Position numbers and translations under genes: made by a program
Part shown: one piece after another, positions 17,294 to 23,535 of the stretch
Layout: each line of letters starts with the position of its first letter
Position numbering within the stretch: the stretch's first letter is position 1
The notes under the pieces: model-generated
What the model saw: only the letters and a program-made list of their open reading frames with translations
Database searches by the model: none
What the model was told of the DNA's origin: nothing
DNA from: Candidatus Hydrogenedentota bacterium
Lineage (GTDB): Bacteria > Hydrogenedentota > Hydrogenedentia > Hydrogenedentales > GCA-2746185
Direction of reading: 5' to 3'
Length of the DNA: 23,535 nucleotides
Assembly (NCBI GenBank): GCA_046583315.1
Contig: JAYGCN010000024.1
Coordinates: forward strand, 1-23,535

Positions 17294-18661
17294 GTGGCCT
17301 CTATCGATAAACCCCATATTCTCATCGCCACTGAGGACTCGGACTACGCGGATACGCTTACGCACTTCTTGGCCTCGGAGCGGTGTGTGGTCGAGCGGTG
17401 CCACGATTCCAAGGGCGTGTTTCGCGAGATTGGCCAGCGCAACTATCATATTCTGGTATTGGATCTGGAACTGGATCGCGACAGTGATGCCGATTTGATT
17501 TCATTTGTGGCGAGTCAGAAGTTCGAGACGCAGATTATTTTGCTGTTTGACGTGAATCATTTCGAACATGCGTTGGAGGGCATCAGGCACGGTGCATTCT
17601 TTTACCTTCCCATAACCAGCCCGCCGTCGGATATGGCGTGGGTCATCAGCAAAGCCCTGCGCGATCTGGAGCTGCACGAGACGCTCAAGGAGCATGAACA
17701 TCATTTATTTGAAGAACTGATCGGTACCAGTCCTGCTATGCGACAAGTGGCCAATCTCATCACCAAGGTCGCGCCAACGGACAGCACAGTGTTACTTCTG
17801 GGTGAAAGCGGCACCGGTAAAGAGGTGATGGCCAACGTGATTCATCAGCTCAGTCCACGTCGTGAACAACCCTTTATCGCGATCAATTGCGCTGCATTGC
17901 CGGAGCATATTTTGGAGAGTGAACTGTTCGGCCATGTGAAAGGCGCGTTCACGGGCGCCGAGACCGATAAAGTTGGTCTCTTCGAGGCGGCGGATGGCGG
18001 CACATTGTTTCTGGACGAAATCGGCGATATGGCCTTGACGGCTCAGGCGAAATTGTTGCGCGTGTTGCAGACCGGAGAAATCAGGCGTGTGGGTGAGGCG
18101 ACCAATCACCACGTAGATGTGCGGATTCTCGCGGCGACCAATCACAATTTGATCGAGGATGTGAACGAAAAACGATTCCGGGAGGATCTCTATTTTCGTC
18201 TTAATGTTTTTCAAATACTCATCCCGCCTTTGCGCGATCGCGCGGATGCCTTACAAACATTGGCCAAGCAATTCCTGAAACGATTCAACACGAAATTCGA
18301 CAAGCGGGTGTACGACATCGATCAACATGCCTGGAACGTGCTGACCCACTATGAATACCCCGGCAATGTGCGTGAGCTCGAAAGCATCATTGCGCATGGC
18401 GTGATTATGGCCGATGGCGAAGTCATGACGGTAAACGACTTGCCGGATCAGATGCGCTTCGGGAAGGGCGCGCGCCTGAGCCTTCCACAATACACCTCCG
18501 ATGAGACGCTCACCATCGATGAAATGGAGAAACGGCTAATTGAAAGTACGCTACAGAAGCTGAATGGCAATCAGACGGAGGTGGCGAAATCGCTTGGTAT
18601 CTCTCGATCAACACTATGGCGCAAGATGAAGGAATATGAAATTCCGCGGGCATCGGATTAG
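17294..18661 (+). CDS. Sigma-54-dependent transcriptional activator (NtrC/AtoC family): atypical receiver, AAA+ and Fis-HTH
   Basis: [49 protein letters not shown] and [30 protein letters not shown] at 17280-17285 precedes GTG17294. Confidence 0.93.
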   Translation: MASIDKPHILIATEDSDYADTLTHFLASERCVVERCHDSKGVFREIGQRNYHILVLDLELDRDSDADLISFVASQKFETQIILLFDVNHFEHALEGIRHGAFFYLPITSPPSDMAWVISKALRDLELHETLKEHEHHLFEELIGTSPAMRQVANLITKVAPTDSTVLLLGESGTGKEVMANVIHQLSPRREQPFIAINCAALPEHILESELFGHVKGAFTGAETDKVGLFEAADGGTLFLDEIGDMALTAQAKLLRVLQTGEIRRVGEATNHHVDVRILAATNHNLIEDVNEKRFREDLYFRLNVFQILIPPLRDRADALQTLAKQFLKRFNTKFDKRVYDIDQHAWNVLTHYEYPGNVRELESIIAHGVIMADGEVMTVNDLPDQMRFGKGARLSLPQYTSDETLTIDEMEKRLIESTLQKLNGNQTEVAKSLGISRSTLWRKMKEYEIPRASD

Positions 18662-18744
18662 GGGGATCCTCTCTAATCGCAAAAAGGTTCCGGGTTTGGT
18701 ATGATTCGCGGGTCAATCAGTTTTGGTTTTGGATAATTGATGCA

Positions 18745-20784
18745 ATGAATTCTCTGCTTTCCCTCGCGCTACTGTGCTCCTTTTCACTGCTTCCCGGTGA
18801 GTCCACCTTTCTTGAAGCCCACGAACTGGGTCGTAGCGGAAAACACGCTGATGCCATGAACGGGTATATCGCTGTGGCGCAGATGGACCCCACGCTCGCC
18901 CCCTATGCCAAACTTCGTGCTGCGAACGCGCGCGCGATGGCGGGTGACGTGACGGGAGCGATTCGCGAGACCGAGACGGTTCTCGGCGAACATGCCACGG
19001 GGCCCTGGGTGCAGTGGGCTCACGCTCAACTCGCGCGCCTGCGGTCAAGAAACGGTGACCGCGAAGGTGCGGCCGCCCATTACGATTATGCGGTCAAATC
19101 TCCGGTCGATTTATGGTGGCTGGACGATCTGCGATGGCGGGCTGCGGAAAACGACCTGAAAATCCCGTCGCGGTTTCATGACGGTCTCAACTTCTTTCGC
19201 AATAAAGTCATTTCGATCGGTTGGTACCCAAAACGTCTTGAAGCGTCTCGCCTTCTGGCCATGTCGGATCGCGCGGATGACCGTATGCAGGCGGCACTGG
19301 GTCTGTTGCGCTCCAACAAGGTCTCCGAGGCGACAAAGGTCGCTACATCAATTCCCCAGACTTGGCTGACCGAGCGGCACCTGGCAATCCAGTGGAAACG
19401 ACTCTCGGCACGACTGCTGATTATGCAGGGCAAGAAAACGCAGGGGCAGCGCATGCTTGAGGAGCTGGCCCTAGAGTATCCAAAGGAATCCTGGGCGGAC
19501 AAGGCATTGCTGTACACGGGCATCTCGCTCATCAGGGCCGAACAGTGGGACGAAGCGGACCGGGTAATGAATCAGTTGCTCAGCGCCTATCCGGATTCTG
19601 CGAGTGCCGCCGAAGGGGTCATGCGACTGGGGCAGGCTCACGCGCGGTATAAACATTATGATCGGGCAGTCGAGTGGTTCCAGATTTTCGTGAAAGAGTT
19701 TCCCGATCGCGGTGACGCCGCCGAGGCACTTCTCGAGGCGGGTCACACCTATCGATCTGCCGATCGTGATCAGGAAGCCCTGGGCATGTACGATCAATTG
19801 CTCAATGATTATCCCTATCATTCCGCCGCATCGGACGCGGGATTCTGGGCGGGATCGGTGTTACTTGAAAATGGACAGAAAACGCTTGCCAGGAAACGAT
19901 TCGAGAAAGCCGTACAGGCCGGGTTGACACGCTATTACGGTTTTCGCGCCCAAGAAATTCTTGTTACCGAATTCGACAAACCAAAGCGCAAGGCTCCGAA
20001 TCTTTCCATCACACCGAAGGCCTCTTTGATTCGCCCCATTCCTTTCGATGCCGAGGACCCCGGTTTCGGTCTGGTCGATATGAAGCACGACAGACGATTC
20101 GAACGCCTTCGGTTTTTTGCGAATCACGGTTTGCAGGAAGCCGAATGGGAAGGCTTGTATTTGCTCCAAACACTGGACAACCATGCGACACCGGAGTTGT
20201 TTTATCGGGCGATTGGTGAGGCGGGTGTTGCCTACTCTGCCATGCAGTGGGCCAACGCGCGGCGCTTCGGCGTTGGGGACGATGGTCGCGAGTCGGTGGA
20301 GCGTCTTCGTATTCGATACCCACGACCTTATTGGAGCTACGTTTCTTCGCTGGGAGAAGAGTTGGACCTGGATCCCTATTTGATTTTGTCTATCGCACGG
20401 CAGGAAAGCACGTACCGTCCGAATCTGACATCGTCTGCCGGCGCCAAAGGGGTCCTGCAGCTGATGCCGACCACGGCTAAATGGCTGGGAGACACCGATC
20501 CACGCATCAGTAAACAGGATGCGACGCGCCTGGAAGATCCTCAACATTCGTTGCGCATGGGTGCCGTATATTTGCGGCAGATGCTCGATCGATCGGACGG
20601 GAATGTTGCCTATGCTCTGGCCTCGTACAATGCCGGTCCGGGCAACTTCGACAAATGGCGCAGGCGAAAACCGAACTTGTCGGTACCCGAATTCATCGAA
20701 GAGATTCCCTTCACCGAGACGCGCAATTACGTCAAACGTATCCTGGCGCACTACGCCACCTACAAGTCGATCTACAAGAATTAG
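18745..20784 (+). CDS. Soluble lytic murein transglycosylase (Slt70-like) with TPR repeats
   Basis: Signal peptide and TPR-like helical repeats. SLT motifs IARQES (catalytic Glu), GVLQLMPTTA, ASYNAGPG and IPFTETRNYV. Confidence 0.92.
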   Translation: MNSLLSLALLCSFSLLPGESTFLEAHELGRSGKHADAMNGYIAVAQMDPTLAPYAKLRAANARAMAGDVTGAIRETETVLGEHATGPWVQWAHAQLARLRSRNGDREGAAAHYDYAVKSPVDLWWLDDLRWRAAENDLKIPSRFHDGLNFFRNKVISIGWYPKRLEASRLLAMSDRADDRMQAALGLLRSNKVSEATKVATSIPQTWLTERHLAIQWKRLSARLLIMQGKKTQGQRMLEELALEYPKESWADKALLYTGISLIRAEQWDEADRVMNQLLSAYPDSASAAEGVMRLGQAHARYKHYDRAVEWFQIFVKEFPDRGDAAEALLEAGHTYRSADRDQEALGMYDQLLNDYPYHSAASDAGFWAGSVLLENGQKTLARKRFEKAVQAGLTRYYGFRAQEILVTEFDKPKRKAPNLSITPKASLIRPIPFDAEDPGFGLVDMKHDRRFERLRFFANHGLQEAEWEGLYLLQTLDNHATPELFYRAIGEAGVAYSAMQWANARRFGVGDDGRESVERLRIRYPRPYWSYVSSLGEELDLDPYLILSIARQESTYRPNLTSSAGAKGVLQLMPTTAKWLGDTDPRISKQDATRLEDPQHSLRMGAVYLRQMLDRSDGNVAYALASYNAGPGNFDKWRRRKPNLSVPEFIEEIPFTETRNYVKRILAHYATYKSIYKN

Positions 20785-20787
20785 AGC

Positions 20788-22002
20788 CTAGTGAAGTTTC
20801 TGAAGGACCAGACACGCATTCGTGCCGCCGAAGCCGAAGCTGTTTGATAACACCGTGCGTAGGGGGACATCGAATTCAGTCTCGCGCACGATTGGGTAGC
20901 CTTCAGCATGGGGATCGAGCTCTTCAATATTCGCCGATGCGGCGATGAAGTCGTGCTGCATCATGAGTAAGGAATAAATCACTTCATGCGCCCCGGTCGC
21001 TCCGAGACTATGCCCTGACAGGGATTTGGTCGAACTGATCTTGGGCCGATCCTCGTCGAATACGGTTCCAATCGCTTCGAGTTCGGTGATGTCTCCCGCG
21101 GGTGTGCTGGTACCGTGCGTATTGATATAATCGATCGGGCCGTCGACGGTTGAGATGGCCTCGCGTATGCATCGCACTGCACCCTCGCCGCTGGGACTGA
21201 CCATGTTGGCACCGTCGGAGTTGGCGGCGTAACCAACCACTTCGCCGTAGATGCGCGCGCCACGAGCCTGGGCGTGTTCGAGCTCTTCGACGGCCACCAT
21301 ACCTGCGCCACCGGCAATTACCAACCCATCTCGATTGACATCGTAGGCGCGGGAGGCCGTCTCGGGGGTATCATTATATTTTGACGACGTAGCTTTCATC
21401 GCATCGAAATAGAGTACCAAGGTCCAATTTTCCTCCTCGGCCCCTCCGGCAAACACGATATCCTGTTTGCCCAGTTGAATCTGTTCGGTGGCGTGACCGA
21501 TGCAATGAGCACTTGTCGAACAGGCCGAAGTGATCGAGTAATTCAATCCCTTAATCCCGAAGGCGGTCGCGAGATTCGCCGAAACGGTGTTGCTCATGAT
21601 ACGCGGGGTGAAAAATGGACTCACCCGTCGAATGCCTTTTTCTTCCAGTGCTGCGGCGGCCTCCATGTGGCTGATCATTGACGCACCGCCAGAACCCGCC
21701 ACAACACCGATGCGTGGATCGTGGATCGCATCTTCGTCCAACCCGGCATCGGCAAGACATTCCTTCATCGCGGCATAGGCATAGACGGACGCCTCGCTCA
21801 TGAATCGTGCATGTTTGCGATCAATTTCGAAAGTCGGGTCGAGTTTTGGCACACCCGCAACATGACTGCGCAATCCATGATCGGCGAAGCTCTGCTGAAA
21901 TTGTATTCCGGACCGGCCTTCACGTAACGAGTCAAGCACCTCAGCCGCATTGCCACCCAGTGGCGAAACGATGCCCAACCCTGTAATGACCGCTCGCTTC
22001 AC
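20788..22002 (-). CDS. fabB: Beta-ketoacyl-ACP synthase I (FabB-like)
   Basis: [38 protein letters not shown] (Cys), [21 protein letters not shown] (His), [10 protein letters not shown] (His) and [11 protein letters not shown]. These read closer to E. coli FabB than to FabF. The GTG start overlaps the fabH stop. Confidence 0.88.
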   Translation of the reverse strand: MKRAVITGLGIVSPLGGNAAEVLDSLREGRSGIQFQQSFADHGLRSHVAGVPKLDPTFEIDRKHARFMSEASVYAYAAMKECLADAGLDEDAIHDPRIGVVAGSGGASMISHMEAAAALEEKGIRRVSPFFTPRIMSNTVSANLATAFGIKGLNYSITSACSTSAHCIGHATEQIQLGKQDIVFAGGAEEENWTLVLYFDAMKATSSKYNDTPETASRAYDVNRDGLVIAGGAGMVAVEELEHAQARGARIYGEVVGYAANSDGANMVSPSGEGAVRCIREAISTVDGPIDYINTHGTSTPAGDITELEAIGTVFDEDRPKISSTKSLSGHSLGATGAHEVIYSLLMMQHDFIAASANIEELDPHAEGYPIVRETEFDVPLRTVLSNSFGFGGTNACLVLQKLH

Positions 22003-22991
22003 CAGCGCACCAATGCGGAGGCCCAGGTAAGTCCGGCCCCAAATGCGGCGAACAACACGAGATCGCCTTCCTTAATCCGACCCTCTGTCCAAGCCTCATG
22101 CAGGGCCATTGGAATGCTTGCGGCCACGGTGTTTCCCGTGTGATCGATGTTGATGTAGGCCTTTTCGCTGGGCAGCCCGACGCGCTGGCAGGCGGCATCA
22201 ATAATGCGCCCGTTGGCCTGATGCGGCACGAACAACGCGATCTCATCCACACTGACTCCGGCGTTTTCCAGGGTCAGCCTTATCTCGCTCTCAAAAGTCT
22301 TTACGGCACGCTTGAACAATTCCTGGCCGTTCATTCCGATAATCGGAGGATTGTCGCGCATGTATTCCCAGGACGGTGTGTATTTGAATCCGCCCTGAGG
22401 CATATTGAGAATATAGGCACCGGTACCGTCCGCCCCGATATGTGAGGTGAGCACACCGTGGCCCGTATCGTCCGCTGTAAGCACGACAGCACCGGCGCCA
22501 TCGCCGAAAAGCACTGCCGTTTCACGATAATCCCAATTCAACACCCGCGAAATGGTTTCGGCGCCGACCAGCAGAATGTTCTTGGCCATACCCGTCTGAA
22601 TGTATGCGTTTGCCGTGGCGAGACCATAGACAAATCCAGAACAGGCAGCATTTATGTCAAATCCTGCGGCATTTTTTGCACCCAGGTTCGCCTGCATGAT
22701 CAATGCCGAACCGGGAGCCATATGATCCGGGGTAACAGTCGGGCAAATGATGAGGTCGAGTTCTTCCGCGTCCATGCCCGCGTTCTCCAACGCGATCTTC
22801 GCGGCTTCGGTACCGAGGTCTGCCGCGCCGATGCCCTCTTCTGCGAAATGACGTTGGTGGATGCCCGTACGCTTGCGAATCCACTCGTCATTGGTATCGC
22901 ACATCTCGGAGACATCGTCATTAGTGACGACGCGTTCCGGCAGGAACATTCCTGTGCCTACGATGCGCGCGCGTTTCAGTAAATCGGACAC
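21999..22991 (-). CDS. fabH: Beta-ketoacyl-ACP synthase III
   Basis: [22 protein letters not shown] (Cys), [14 protein letters not shown] (His), GNTVAASIP (Asn) and FGAGLTW. GAGGAG RBS precedes GTG22991. Confidence 0.95.
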   Translation of the reverse strand: MSDLLKRARIVGTGMFLPERVVTNDDVSEMCDTNDEWIRKRTGIHQRHFAEEGIGAADLGTEAAKIALENAGMDAEELDLIICPTVTPDHMAPGSALIMQANLGAKNAAGFDINAACSGFVYGLATANAYIQTGMAKNILLVGAETISRVLNWDYRETAVLFGDGAGAVVLTADDTGHGVLTSHIGADGTGAYILNMPQGGFKYTPSWEYMRDNPPIIGMNGQELFKRAVKTFESEIRLTLENAGVSVDEIALFVPHQANGRIIDAACQRVGLPSEKAYINIDHTGNTVAASIPMALHEAWTEGRIKEGDLVLFAAFGAGLTWASALVRW

Positions 22992-23075
22992 TTTGTTACT
23001 CCTCGAAGTTTCGGTTGGGGTCTGGCAATCGCCTCCCCGCTTTGCTGATCGTGCGATTAGTTACCCCTGCCTCTA

Positions 23076-23534
23076 TTAGAACATTCCGTAGGGATCCAGA
23101 TCGATTTTCAGTAGCACGTTCGCGGGGGCAGACTCGCCAAATTCCTCGCGCACCTGTCGCGCAAGGGTATTTAGCCGTTTGCTCGATTTGGACAACACGC
23201 CCAGATTCCAACGATAGCGATTGCGCACACGGTGGATGGTCGCGGGGGCTGGTCCGAGGATTTCCATGCCGCTGAATCCCAAGGCATGCATCTGATTGCG
23301 TACGACGCGGTGCAAATGGCTGGTCGAACGCTCCGCTTCAATCAAGTTTTCGCATTCGATGGCCAGATTCATCATGCGACGGAACGGAGGATACGCGGCG
23401 GATTCACGGTATTGGATTTCGTTGGCAAAAAATCCTGCGTAATCATGATTCGCGGCATGGATGATGGCGAAATGTTTGGGCCGGTAGGTCTGGATGATTA
23501 CCTGCCCGGCTTTATCACCACGCCCTGCACGGCC
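23076..23534 (-). CDS. priA: Primosomal protein N' (C-terminal part, 5'-truncated by the window)
   Basis: Manual translation from the window end: GRAGRGDKAGQVIIQTYRP...HDYAGF..EIQYRE..YPPF...ILGPAPA...RYRW...IDLDP. Confidence 0.95.
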   Translation of the reverse strand, partial: GRAGRGDKAGQVIIQTYRPKHFAIIHAANHDYAGFFANEIQYRESAAYPPFRRMMNLAIECENLIEAERSTSHLHRVVRNQMHALGFSGMEILGPAPATIHRVRNRYRWNLGVLSKSSKRLNTLARQVREEFGESAPANVLLKIDLDPYGMF

Positions 23535-23535
23535 A

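Noticed and set aside
18656..18678. Hairpin GATTAGGGGG-ATC-CTCTCTAATC over the stop codon of the sigma-54 activator
   Set aside because: It is followed by GCAAAAA rather than a U-tract. It may be a pause or stability hairpin but is not a canonical terminator.
2209..20784. GH3-LysM, murB and slt as one peptidoglycan system, or PilZ, pilT and the sigma-54 activator as one motility system
   Set aside because: They sit in separate transcription units interleaved with unrelated housekeeping genes, and there is no sequence evidence of shared regulation.
23024..23042. GG-N10-GC spacing upstream of fabH as a possible sigma-54 promoter
   Set aside because: The -24 element (GCGGGG) does not match TGGCAC, so this is a chance match.
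1..23535. CRISPR arrays, IS elements, prophage, tRNA or rRNA genes
   Set aside because: I saw no periodic direct repeats, transposase or integrase ORFs, or cloverleaf motifs. The intergenic gaps are short and accounted for.

Overview
A gene-dense core-genome window from a bacterium of roughly 55-57% GC (visual estimate), probably a diderm. The mix of Firmicutes-like SRP RNA flanks and Gram-negative-type aceE, fabB and slt suggests a non-model lineage, which I cannot assign from sequence alone. Gene order: end of an upstream CDS plus terminator; a small membrane protein; SRP RNA (ffs); dnaX; a membrane-anchored NagZ-like GH3 / acidic linker / 3x LysM protein; aceE-aceF-PilZ protein; then on the minus strand murB, pilT, ECF sigma, anti-sigma, DUF4097-like protein and an acyl-CoA ligase; a divergent sigma-54 activator and a TPR lytic transglycosylase; and on the minus strand priA (partial), fabH, fabB. 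I saw no mobile element, CRISPR array, tRNA or rRNA. The best leads are: (1) an A10 slippage tract in dnaX with nearby stops in both shifted frames, which would give gamma and tau from a compact tau that keeps only a short C-terminal polymerase-binding-like tail; (2) an SRP RNA that looks intermediate between the large and small types, with a vestigial Alu-like 5' part; (3) a catalytically degenerate NagZ fused to a very long acidic spacer and LysM domains; (4) a PilZ protein in the position usually held by lpdA; (5) a sigma-54 activator with an atypical receiver and a candidate autoregulatory palindrome; (6) apparently leaderless genes. All calls come from manual motif reading, with no database searches.
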